This document shows, piece by piece, positions 50,309 to 64,000 of a DNA stretch of 64,000 nucleotides. This DNA comes from the human T2T-CHM13v2.0 reference genome, Homo sapiens, in NCBI RefSeq assembly GCF_009914755.1, contig NC_060932.1. One strand, 5' to 3'. The notes beneath the pieces are model-generated. The model ran no database searches, was not told the DNA's origin, and worked only from the letters and a program-made list of their open reading frames with translations. The stretch's first letter is position 1. Each line of letters starts with the position of its first letter. Made by a program: the position numbers and the translations under genes.

Positions 50309-50732
50309 CCATATTGGTGGGCTGGAGCCAGCTTGCACTAACTCACTAGAGCTGATAGTTAAATTTTCAGGAATTTTTGAGCCAGTTATTAGAGACTTTA
50401 TTAAAAATTAAATTATGTAAACTTACAATTAGATAATTATATTAAACGTAATATAATTTATATTTATTAGGTAAATATAAAATGTAATAAGCACTAAAAA
50501 CATCACTTTTACTTTACCATTATATCTTTTATATGATGTAGATAGTGGAAATTCCACGTAATGTGCTACCATGCATCTCTTCCCAATCTGCAATCAGTAA
50601 TGTCGTATTGGTAGCCTGAAATCACCACGGTGGGAGTATTTACGCCATGGAAATCTGAAAACACTACAAGTCAGAACTCCCCACCTCTTCTACCCCAGAA
50701 CCCATTGTTAACACCTTACCAGCACATCACTG
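50309..50732. mobile_element. MER63-like hAT DNA transposon
   Basis: ggtgggctggagccagct...gttaaattttcaggaatttt start and ccagcacatcactg end (imperfect TIRs). Confidence 0.6.
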
Positions 50733-52539
50733 ATACCTGCCCACAGGGCCTTCTAAGGGAAGTTGTTCTCCCTTTCCCAGAAACTGCATCTCCATATGAC
50801 TCCACACCTTTCCTCCCAGACACAGCTGGCTGGCCTAGGAGTGAAAAACTAACAAAGGAAGAAAACGTCTATAGGCCAGACCAACCTAATGCTTTCTCTT
50901 TAGGATTTGCATTAAGATTCATAGAGATTGGTAGAATTAGTAGCCAAGTCATGCTCACAGCAGTGTGCTAGAATGAATGTCCTTGAGCTCTTATGATGTA
51001 GGTCCCTAGAGCTGACCCGGTTACCACACTTCCTGACACCTCATAGTACCACTTTTCTCTGGATTCTCTATAATTTTATCCTTAAAATGTGTCTTTTACT
51101 TGAGCTAATGCAATTGCTATTTGATTCCTTGGAAATTAATATGCCTTAAGAAAAACGGTTTTAAATTCCGTCAGTTTCTGATGATTGTAATGCAGGAACT
51201 ATCTAGATGTAGGGCAGAATATCTAGGCTCAATTTCTGGTAGTATAACTCAAAGAAAATCCTTTAACCTGGCAGCCTCTCAGTTTCCTCGTCAGTCAGTA
51301 AAAATGGAACGAGTGTATATTTCAGTGGTATTTAAGCCCCAGTAGTCTACAAAGTTACTTCAGGCTCCACTGTGAGAGCTGAAAAGGAATCTTTAAATGG
51401 ACAAGGTCCGGATTTCCCTCCTTTTCCACTACAGACACTCTGCTGTTATCTACTTTGTGTTTTGGGGCTTAAGAAACAAGGCTTCTTTTGGCAAACAGTT
51501 TTCACTAAGCACTCCCCTCCCCACCCCACGCCCACCACCCCCCAACAAAAACTTAGAAAGATTAGAAAATTCCCAGACTGAGCTATCTCTAAATTATTTT
51601 TGGTCTTCTATAACTTTATAGGGTAAATATTAAATGTTGCCATGCATATTACAAAAACATTTGAACTTTTTTTTCAGCTGTTCTGTTCCTACTGTTGTTT
51701 GCATTATCTTCTCCTAGTAGAGCGTTTCCAAAGAACCACGGTGGACTTACAACTAACTCAACTCAGTCCCAATCTGATAGCCCAGTCTTAGCAGAGATAC
51801 TGACCTACTTTTTCCTGTGATTTCTGGGCCTGGCCTGATAATTTTACTTAGCACAGTGTTCTGGACAACCAATATCAATCAACTGAAGTTGGCAGGGGAT
51901 GAAACTGGTTGCCATCCCACTAAACTTCTGCAGGTATGTACACTGACTAACCTTATGCTATTCTTGATGTCTCTAATGGCTCCCTCTTTATTCTGAGCTT
52001 TCCATCTGTTCTGAAGACTGCCCTTCTATTTGTTTATCTGCTCCTGAAGCAATTTCCCCATCCAACACCTGACAGTCGGGGGTTAGAGCCAGAACCAAGG
52101 GTATGTACTGGTTGCACTAGGCCTTACGATCACATACCCACTGGCTCTGTCCATATGGACGCTTCAGAGGAGAAAATGCTGCAAGTTAAAGAAGTTAAAA
52201 CACTACATTGTTTGCTTAAAATACAAAGTTCCTTTTGGTCTTTTCCTTAATAAATACGAAAAATCACTAATAGTATCTTCTTAGTAGTCTTCAAGTAGTA
52301 AAAGATGTTTATTAAAATACTCCTTGGTTAAATCTTCTCAGGCTATATCAAGCTTATATAAGCTAAACTTTTCCTTTAGTTTCCAATTCTTCAATCAATT
52401 TTATTGTTCTTAGTTGAACTCTTTTCAAGCTCTACACATTCCTTTAAAGTTGTATAGTTCATAACTGAGCAAAGTCCTCTGGTAAATAACATATTAGTAT
52501 AAGAGCATTAGGAAGAAAATCTATGTTTTCTTCTATATA

Positions 52540-53440
52540 AACTTTTTATTGAAGTGTTACGTATATAAAAATGTTATAGAAATTATAACTGGACAGCTCT
52601 ACGAATATTTATAGAGTAAATACACGTGTCATTGGCACCCATATCAAGACACAGAACTCCCAAAGCTCCTTTTTCTGCCTTCTAATCACTTCCCTGCACC
52701 CAGGGAGACCACCATCCTAATGTCTAATGTTATTTATATCTATTTGTTGTTGTTGTTGTTGTTGAGCTTTTAAAATAGAGTAATAAAGTTGGTTCTTTTG
52801 TGTCTGCCTTCTTTACCTCACTTTTGCTTTAAAATTTATCCCAGTGATTGCATGTAGTTGCAATTCAGTAATTTTCATTGCTTTATATCATTTCATTATG
52901 TGAATATGCCACATTTTTAAATAATCCAAGCCACTGTTGATGAACATATGAATAGTTTCTGGTTTGTTGCCAATTAGAAATGATGCTACTATGAATATTC
53001 CTCTATATGTCTTTTTTTTTTTTTTTTTTTTTTGAGATGGAGTCTCACTCTGTCACCCAGGCTGGAGTGCAGTGGCGCGATCTCGGCTCACTGCTAGCTC
53101 CGCTTCCCGGGTTCATGCCATTCTCCTGCCTCAGCCTCCCGATTAGCTGGGACTACAGGTGCCCACCACCACAGCCAGCTAATTTTTTTGTAATTTTAGT
53201 AGAGATGGGGTTTCACCGTGTTAGCCAGGATGGTCTCGATCTCCTGACCTCGTGATCTGCCCGCCTTGGCCTCTCAAAGTGCTGGGATTACAGGCATGAG
53301 CCACCCACTGTGCCCAGCCTCCTGTATATGTCTTTTGATGGACATAAGTACTCATTTCTTTTCATGAGTCTTTCACCTAAAAAGTGAAATTAATGGGTCA
53401 TAGGATATGCATATGTCCAGCTTCAGTAGACACTGCTAAG
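52540..53440 (-). mobile_element. Old L1ME-like fragment with nested AluY-like element (53012-53319, -)
   Basis: L1M 3' antisense motifs; Alu TSD cct(c/g)tatatgtctttt. Confidence 0.8.
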
Positions 53441-53996
53441 CCCAGCGGGCCCAATCAAAACTCAGGCAAAGGAACCACTGGCCACAGAGGTTTCTGGACA
53501 GGAAAACAACACCCCAAAGATCCCATAACATTTTGCTACCAAAGTGTCACTCTTGTGTAATGGGTGATCATTATGTTACTATGAGGTTATTCTGCACCAG
53601 AAGACACTTTTTAATGGACATAGAAGCTTTAATCACTATCAGACATGAAAATAGGAAAAGACAATTGAGAAAGAGCTTCCTTGTTTTCCGGTGGGAGGCT
53701 TTGCTGGTAGTAAGTCCGTCCTGCTATTGCCTGTGTCCCAAGTACATAAGAAGTCACTACCACCAAATGGAGAACAAAGACACAGGGGATTGTGGGACTT
53801 AAACAGCAGAAATTGAACAGTGAGACACCATCAACAAAGACCCTGGAAATTATGTAAAACAGACTGGATAGACGTAGTAGTCAAACCGAGGGTGTTACTG
53901 CTCTGGAAAGGTAGTTAAAAGTGTACAATTGCCAGCTTGGTTATTGTCCCCAGTGAAAGATCTAAGAACAAAAGGGGAGGTGTGGCCAGTCAATCA

Positions 53997-54389
<393 letters not shown>

Positions 54390-54517
54390 CTAGTCCAGGA
54401 GGATACGGCCAAATCATAGTAACAGGATAACTTCAGTGCTAGAATCTGAAAATCACAAAATCTGTTCTTGAATCAAGCTTTCTGCATGATCATACTTTGT
54501 TGTCCACCCCCCTCCCC

Positions 54518-54808
<291 letters not shown>

Positions 54809-55661
54809 ACACTCTATCTGTGATCCTTCTTTGCCAGTCCCTTGCTTTTTCCCTTTGGCCTCCCATCTGTGTTGATTGCATTTCCTCATTGATGTGCTGC
54901 TTGGTTTGTCAGCTTGTTTAGTGTCTGATGGGCCATTGTATTTCCTTGTCACCTAACTTGCCTTCCTATGTTGGCCTCCACCTTCCCCCCTTTTCAAGAC
55001 ATTGCTTTTCATTTAGTAAATATAATTGAGGTCCTAATGTGTGCCAGGAACTGGGCTAGAAGATGCATACCCTGGCCTCATGTTGCTTAGAGTCAGCTTG
55101 GCTTTGCCTAATGGAAAAAGGGTGAGATACAGATCACAGTCTTTGGGAATGAGAGCTCATCAAAACAGAAAACAGACCCTCAGTGTCTTGTGTAACTTGG
55201 TTTCCATAGCCCTGGATGCTGAGGAATTGAGTTCTAGATTGCTGGTGGCTAGCACTTTGAAGAAAACAGAGCAAGAACATACCTTCCCCAACACTGTCTC
55301 CTATGTCAGTTTTGCCCTAAGGAAGACAGCATGGAAGGTGGAAGGCAATTTGAGAAAATGATGACAACTTTCCCAAGAGAGAAGAAGATGGTTGCAACCT
55401 TGCTCTCTGCTGGTAGACTTGAGTGGACCTGGGGATGGGGTGGTTCATGTGCCCTGATACAGATCTCAGAGGTAACTGCTACTCTTTTAACTAGTCAAGA
55501 ATCTGGAGCTCAGAATGACCAAAATAAGGAATGCAGTATATTTTAATAGAAGTTTTGTTAAACAAGACATTCCTGCCTATTGCACTTATATTCCACTTTT
55601 TCAAACTTTTCAAAATCACTAACGTATTTGCAGTTTTAAATGCAGTAGAAGGTTAAAATAA

Positions 55662-55976
<315 letters not shown>

Positions 55977-57103
55977 TAAGTTGAAAGAATAAAACAATCT
56001 TAGGCCAATTGTAGATTTTCAGAAGAGAAATGATACATGAAAAATACCATGAAGTATCTTTCTATGGTTTACTGATACACTTGGAGCATTTTAGTTCATT
56101 AGAAAGATGGGTTCAGGGGTGATCATCTATTTCAACTCCACTATTTTAGAGACTGTGGCTTCCAAAGCATTATAATTAAGATGCAGCAAATCCAAGACTG
56201 GAGTCCAGATTTCTTCACTTCTAATTTATTACTTATTCACTGAGGTATATGCTTTCCTGGAAAACCCTTTTTGGCTTAATCCCCGTTGTTTGAAACATTT
56301 TTATTGTTTCAGAACATTTCTTTTTATTTAGACCATAGTGAACGATAAGTGGATATTTCTTTCAAGGTGTGGGCTCTCACTGTGGAGTAGGGGCATTTTG
56401 GGGGTTATTCTTAATGCTCAGTAGAATTGACATAAAAGATAAGGGATACTGGGTTGACTCTATATTGATCCAACAATATTACCTGAAATTTCAAAAAAAA
56501 AAAGGTTCCAAATTCCTAATATCATATTTTCTTAAAATTTTTCCTCTGGGAATTAAACTCAGAAAAATATCCACATAACAAGGGAATTTGGTTATTTTTG
56601 TGTAGCTATAGTTACAGAGCATCAAACGTGGGAAGAAAACAGTAACTATTCTTAAGGAAATTTCACCTTTAGAGGGAAAGTACTGTTGAAAATTATTAGT
56701 AAAGCTGTTTTTGCACGTGAGAGGTATTTTATCCAAAGCTCTCTGACTGATCTACAAACATAAACTTAGCCCTTCTCACAGCAGTACTTAGCTTCTAACC
56801 AGATAAATTGTTTGCAGGAGCTCTATCAAATTTAGAAAACTATAGAGAAACTACATAGAAATCTATACGTATGTGTCTGTATTTGTCATCTTAGATGAAG
56901 GATGTCATTTTCCTCATCTGTAATGTGATGTTATTGTATTACCTCCCTAATCTTCTTTAGAACTACTTAGCTTTTAACATGCAACTAATAAAAATTGATC
57001 AGTTTGTCCAAGAATTCTGGCATTAGACTATAATGAGAATTTATGAGAAAATCAGGAAATCATGTTCAGTTCAAAGTAAACAGTGTCAGAACTATTATTA
57101 TAA

Positions 57104-57407
<304 letters not shown>

Positions 57408-57706
57408 AATATGATTATTATATTATATATAATATATATAATTATTACCCAGAAGATAATTTATTTGGGGAAACTACCATTTCACAGAATATAGAGAAAG
57501 CATAAATTGAGGAAAATTTGGTGATAAAGCAAGACGCTATCAGAGTCTTCCTTAGGCATTGACTCCATAAAACCCACAGGCTGAAACTGAAGAAAACTCA
57601 GAGACAGGTTTTAAAATACACAAAATTTGTTCATCTGCTACAGAAGATTTTTCTTCTTACCGCTTTTAGCAGCTTTAAGAAAGCAAAATGCCATTAACCT
57701 CTATTA

Positions 57707-58075
<369 letters not shown>

Positions 58076-58709
58076 TTACAAGAATTGCCAGAATCAACTG
58101 ATGGTGTATTCTCTTGTCACTGCAGCCCAATTGAGACCACTGTATTTAGTTGTCTGTCCCCTTAGATCCACAATATTTTAGGGACTCCTGGCACCATTCC
58201 ATAGTAGGAAGAAAAAGCTAACATAATTCAAGTTACCAAAACTGGGGTCTGGGGAGAGAAACTGATAGGAACTTCATCTACACTTTCTCATAAAAACTGA
58301 TACTGATAACATAGCAAACAAAAAGTACAGTAAAAACAAAAAGATGACACAATACGCTTCTCATTTATTTTATATTTATACAAACAGCGCTTCCCTGAAA
58401 AATCAGGGTATCGTTCAAGATTTTATCTTTATTCACAGAAGTTTTAAAATTTTTAACTTTTATATGCACAAGACAGTTCTGATTTGTTGAATTAAGTGAC
58501 CGCGGGTGTGCTAATGCTTCTAAAAAACAGCATTAGCCTTCTCCCATCAAAAGTCCGGAAGCTGCCCTTCAGTCGTCAAAGTGTTTGCCTTAATTTGCAA
58601 TCGTTATGACTTGAGCCAAATGCTTATACCTCATTTGTGTCGTATATGTGAAGATACAATTGCAAATCGTTCACGACCTTGAGTCAAGACCTTGAGTTTC
58701 CTGAGGTCA

Positions 58710-59730
58710 GGAGACCGTTAGGGAATGTGAGTGTCCCAGACGGGCGCTGAGCCCAGCTCGGAGACCCACCCCGCCCGTAGCAGCGGCGCGGGCCCCAGAG
58801 AGCCCCGCACTCGGCCGCGCCTCAGTTACGCTGACTCGGCTGTGCCCGCAGTGTCGCGCTGTCGCGTAGCCAGGTGTCGCCGGGCTGGCGCGGTTATTTA
58901 TGACTGCGTGGTTGGGCTGGGGGTTCGGGGCCGGGGAGCAGCCGGGATCCGCCGCCTCTTCCATGATCTTCCCGGGCCGAACCACGGGACCGCTACGCTG
59001 AAGGTGGCGTCGCGGGTCCCCGGGGCCGCGCGAGTGTAGGGGTCGCTCTCGGCCGGCCGCGAAGCTCGCGGCACCGACTTCTCGCGAGATTTCGGCGACC
59101 CCCCCCCCCCCCCCCGCCCCCGCCCCTCCGTTCTCTGCCCCCTCCCAGCTCTGGTGTGGGCGGCCTCCGCTATGGCTGCGCTGCGAAGGCTCTTGTGGCC
59201 GCCACCCCGGGTGTCTCCTCCACTCTGCGCTCACCAGCCCCTCCTTGGGCCGTGGGGGCGGCCTGCGGTGACCACCCTGGGCCTTCCTGGCCGGCCCTTC
59301 TCCTCCCGAGAGGATGAGGAGAGGGCTGTGGCGGAGGCGGCATGGAGGCGGCGGCGGCGCTGGGGGGAGCTGAGCGTGGCGGCGGCGGCCGGCGGGGGGC
59401 TGGTCGGCCTGGTATGCTACCAGCTGTACGGGGACCCCAGGGCCGGCTCGCCGGCGACCGGGCGACCCTCAAAGAGCGCGGCCACGGAGCCCGAGGACCC
59501 GCCCCGCGGCCGGGGGATGCTGCCCATCCCAGTGGCGGCTGCCAAGGAGACGGTGAGTGCGCGAGCGCGCGTCACACCTGCGCGGGGGATGTGACCTTCG
59601 TGCCGGGTACGCAGGACCCTGGAGGCTGTGGGGACGGTGCAAGCGCTGTGGCCGCGGGTGAGGAACTTCCCGTGAGCGAGGCTGACACCTAGGCCGGACA
59701 GCCTAGGATCCGGTCACCCACGTATTGGGA
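58710..59730. promoter_or_regulatory. CpG island promoter of MICU3
   Basis: Dense CpG; GC boxes (CCCCGCCCC) at ~59112-59126; TCTCGCGAGA at 59080-59089; no TATA near the ATG. Confidence 0.9.
59172..59552 (+). CDS. MICU3: Mitochondrial calcium uptake family member 3 (EFHA2), coding exon 1 (381 nt, 127 codons); gene continues beyond the window
   Basis: MAALRRLLWPPPRVSPPLCAHQPLLGPWGRPAVTTLGLPGRPFSSREDEERAVAEAAWRRRRRWGELSVAAAAGGGLVGLVCYQLYGDPR...AAAKET; Arg-rich, acid-free presequence followed by a hydrophobic segment; consensus donor ACG|GTGAGT at 59553. Confidence 0.93.
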
Positions 59731-61069
59731 AGACCAGTGATGCTGTCCCTGATGCATCAGGACCTTAAAGGTGGCTGCAGCTACCAAGTATCAATCCAAA
59801 CCCAAAACCAACACCCCTCCCCCTCTTACAAAAAAAGATTCAGAAATGAAGGCCATGACAGGCAGAAAGTGGACCGCTGTAGGTGTGGGAAAAAGGAACT
59901 CCTAGATTGCGCGGGGCGACAGCTAATGACCCAGGAGGTCTGTTGCATTAGAATGAGTTTCGAAGCAGCGGTCTGAGATCTCAAAAGCCACTACTTTAGC
60001 ATATGAGAATTTATTAGTCCCAAGAAAGGAAATGCTAAACCTGCATGCTAACGCCCTTATCATACCCAGGGAATGTTGATGTTACCAGGTCTGAAAAGAA
60101 ATAAAAAATTGTTCAAAAAGAGACATAAGTATTTCTCTCTTTTTCCTTCCCCCACTAAAGCCAGAATCCCGTTAGTAGGTAACGATAAAACACAAAATGG
60201 ATAGGATAGCAAATGTAGGAGGCTGTGAATGACACAAACTCCTACAGAAGAAAGTCACGTGAAAATGTTCAACTGTCATTATGTAGTTAATAATACAAGG
60301 TAAAGATGTGTGAAAGGCAACAGTGAGTAAAGGAGCGTGATTTTTTTTGTCGCATCAGTATATTTAATAGTCATGTAAATGACTAGGAAAATTAAGGAGA
60401 TTTTCCTTGCAAGGCTCGAAGAATGTGAACGGCGTAGATGAAAATAATTTAGAAAACAGAGAGCTATGCTGTTTCTAATGCAATTTTTATAGGCTTTGTT
60501 CTTAATACGCAGTGGTGATCTGATGTAAGTGCATCATTTCCTTTGGTGGAGGTTGTCAATGCAATTAGGTTACGGAATCTGCTTTATGGACTATCTAGCA
60601 GCAGATCACAAGCACATAACATAAAGTCCTTTTACACATGAATATTCAAAATACTAGGAAATACCCTCAAATCTCCACCCCCTCCCCCTTCACAAATACA
60701 CATCCACTTTTGTGGCTTGGCAAGGAGCATAGCGTTTTTCATGATGGCAGAACTTTTAATTAACCATAGTTGGTCTAGGAACAGATCAGCAAGGTAGGGA
60801 ATTCAAGTAGTATTTTCTTTTCTTTCTTAAAATTAATTTTACTTTTACAGTTGAGAGATGTTATCTTGCAGTTTTTAAAAAGACCACGTTCAGAAAGCTA
60901 GAACTTTGGCTCCACGACTTGCTACTTGTGTCATTATGGAGAAATTACTTGACCTGTCAATGCCTGTTTCCTCACCTGTGAAATGAGGCTAATAGTCTCC
61001 TGGGGTGTTATGAGAGTTAAATGAGTTAACACAGTATATTTAAAACAATGGTACTACTAAAGAACATTA

Positions 61070-61379
<310 letters not shown>

Positions 61380-62261
61380 TTATTTTTTATTCGTTTATTT
61401 ATTTTGTACTTTTGTGCAGTTATTATTGCTTAGTGTTTATAAAAATTTCTGTTCATTGTTTTAGAAGTCAAATAATGTTAAAGTCCTGTGTCTTATGCTT
61501 CCCTAGCCTCTAGTCCTACTTTCTGATTGTCATGCCTTTTGTATTTCCCTCTCTGAAAACTTTTATGATCTGTTTATCCCTGGTGCTTGAAATTTTCACA
61601 GTAATGAGCTTCGGGATGTGTATTTTTTCACTGATTGTGCTAGGTTCTTAAGAGGCCTTTCAATATGGAAATCCGTGTCTAAAAAATTCTGTGTAATTTT
61701 CTTCTATTGTTTCTTTGATGATTTTTCTCTTCTCCCTCTTTCTATTCTCTTTTTCTGGAAATGCTGTTTCTTTGAAGTTAAATTTCCTGACAGATCCTAA
61801 TCTAATTCTAATCATTCTTATATTTCGGTTTTAAAAAATATTTTCATCTGTTTATTTGTTTTTATAGCAGATATCCTGGGCTTTATCTTCCAACCTTCCT
61901 ACTGAATTTTTTTATTTCTGCTATTCTACTTTTTTAATTCAAAGAGCGACTTTGTGTTCTCTGTTGTTGATGAGTTATAGCATTCTATTTTGCTTTCTAT
62001 ATGGCTGCTATATTTTCTCTTTTTGCTGTAAGGATATAAATTATAACTTTGTTTTGCCTTCTAAGGATATAAATTATAACTTTGGCCTTCTCTGTGCATT
62101 GCTTTGTTTCTTCCAGGTTCTTTTTTATTTCTGTTTGATTTTATAAGCTCTTGCTTTCATTTTGGAGGTTTTCCTCACATATCTGTGGTTGTTACCTGTC
62201 TCTTACTTGAGAACCTCTCAGAGGGTGTCTGTGCATAACATGTCCTTTCATCTGCACGAAA

Positions 62262-62585
62262 GGGCTTCTTATTAGTGTAACATCCAAATGTCAGTATTTT
62301 ACAGCTCTTTTTCTCTGATGCTGTTGAGCGTCTACAAAAAATAGGAGAGATGAGAGGTGCAGTAGTCTTCTGGCAGCAGGCACATGTGCACATATATGTA
62401 ACACCACTTATGTTGGTGAGTATTATGGGCTTCTTATTAGTGTAACATCCAAATGTCAGTATTTTATACCTCTTTTTCTCTGATGCTGTTGAGCGTCTAC
62501 AAAAAATAGAGATGGGAGGTGTAGTAGTCTTCTGGAAGCAGGCACAGGTGCACATATATGTAACAGCACTTATGTTGGTGAGTAT
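62262..62585. repeat. Two-copy tandem duplication, period 165 bp
   Basis: 62262-62423 vs 62427-62585 differ by about seven substitutions and short indels. Confidence 0.95.
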
Positions 62586-62971
62586 CTAATGATATACTTA
62601 GGTATTGTTATCTAATCCTCTGCTTTTAGCCCAACTACTTACTCTGATTCCATAGCTCCATAGTTCCCAAGGCCTTGTCCGTTTTGGGATTCTGTATAGC
62701 AAATATTAATACCTTACTTCTATTTGGTCTCTGCAGAACTCAGGTAGTGCCTCTGTTCTCTTAAGTCAATTATCACTCCTCCATCTCTTCAATTTTATAA
62801 AAATTTTATAAATTCTCTTGAATGTTTTAGTTTCCCATTCTTTTCTCTATCTTAGCTCTTTTGTATTTTTACCTTTTTATACTCCTTTACTGTGAATTTA
62901 ATGTGGTTAGGGGAAGAAGATGTTGAAATAGAATCATGGAGTCAATCTGCCATTTTTCAGAAATACTATTT

Positions 62972-63125
62972 TAGTGGCATGTGCTTGTAGTCCCAGCTAC
63001 TCAGGGGGCTGAGATAGGAGGATCATGTGAGACCAGGAATTCAAGCCTGCCGTGGGCTATTATTGCACCACTCCATTCCAGCCTAGGGGACAGAGCATGA
63101 CTTGGCTCAAGAAAGAAAAAGAAAT
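62972..63125 (+). mobile_element. Alu right monomer (FRAM/AluJ-like)
   Basis: gtggcatgtgcttgtagtcccagctactc...A-rich tail. Confidence 0.8.
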
Positions 63126-63152
63126 TTTATTTTAAACCTATGCTGCCACTTC

Positions 63153-63195
<43 letters not shown>

Positions 63196-63478
63196 TTGAG
63201 ACATAGCATCGCTCTATCGCTCAGGCTGGACTGCAGGGGTGTGATCTCAGTCACTGGAACTTCACCTCCCAGGTTCAAGTGATTCTTCCACCTCAGCCTC
63301 CCAAGTAGCTAGGATTACAGGCGCCGGCCACCATGACCAGCTAATTTTTTTTGTATTTTTAGTAGAGACAGGGTTTCACTATGTTGGCTATGCTGGTCTC
63401 AAACTCCTGACCTCAAGTTCCGCCTGCCTCAGCTTGCAAAGTGCTGGGAATACAGTCGTGAGCCGCTGCACCCAGCCC
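63153..63478 (-). mobile_element. Alu with (TTA)n microsatellite tail
   Basis: Full dimer; TSD CATTTATTATT. Confidence 0.9.
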
Positions 63479-64000
63479 ATTTATTATTTTTGATTTTTCT
63501 GAAGTGATATAAATGATTCATTTTGATGTTTAAAACTATAGCTAAGAACTTCTGATTTATAAAGTGTCTTTTAAGTATAATATGCTGCTGAGCATAAGCC
63601 TGGCGTGTAAATTAACCTGTATGTGTTATAAGAATAATTTAACTGATGTAAGTGAACAGCAGTAACTTACAGAAATACAGTTCTCTTATATGATAGCCTT
63701 GAAGATTTTTATGTCAAAGACATTGGCTCTCAACTCGGAATGCCTTCCCTGACTCTATAGATTTGTTGAAATATCTCTCTCTACTTTCAGATAATGTCTT
63801 TTTTTGTAATTATTTGATCATTGTTTGTCTTCTTTACTTGTCTTAGCCCCTTAAGGAGAGGCACTGTGTTCGTCTTTGTCACATTTATGTCTTCATTGCC
63901 TGTTAAGGGTCCTAGCCTGATAGGCACAATATGTATTTGTTGAATAAATAAGCTCATGCTAAATATTTGTATGGAACATACACTGAGAAATGAGTTTAAT

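Noticed and set aside
58707-59692. Antisense/alternate-frame ORFs (175, 102, 100, 116 aa) around MICU3 exon 1
   Set aside because: GC-rich shadow ORFs; no independent coding evidence.
62175-62555. 126-aa ORF with an internal repeat
   Set aside because: By-product of the 165-bp (multiple of 3) tandem duplication; non-ATG start.

Overview
Primate (human-like) genomic DNA, repeat-rich, with two divergently oriented protein-coding genes. FGF20 is complete on the minus strand: 3 coding exons at 33883-33598, 27608-27505 and 25167-24922, 636 nt = 211 aa + stop. MICU3/EFHA2 is represented by its first coding exon on the plus strand (59172-59552). From recognition of the two proteins this is the FGF20-MICU3 locus (human 8p22). 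Both starts lie in CpG islands. The remainder is mostly interspersed repeats: a full-length ~6.4 kb L1PA7-like element, a young 5'-truncated L1PA2-like element, a twin-primed L1, ~25 Alus, several solo LTRs with clean TSDs, MER1A/MER6/MER63-type DNA transposons, and a highly decayed ERVL-class pro-pol relic. Almost all small ORFs in the supplied track are repeat-derived or spurious. I see no convincing new multi-gene system. The most unusual structure is a 75-bp near-perfect fold-back palindrome at the 5' junction of the L1PA2 insertion, whose loop is an inverted copy of the L1's first bases. Other leads: an open ORF0-like frame in the full-length L1, TCF/LEF sites upstream of FGF20, the miR-433 site with a candidate proximal poly(A) signal, a CTCF/enhancer-like block between the genes, and a TCTCGCGAGA + poly-C MICU3 promoter. 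Repeat subfamily names are from memory of consensus sequences and need RepeatMasker/Dfam confirmation; repeat ends without a stated TSD are approximate.
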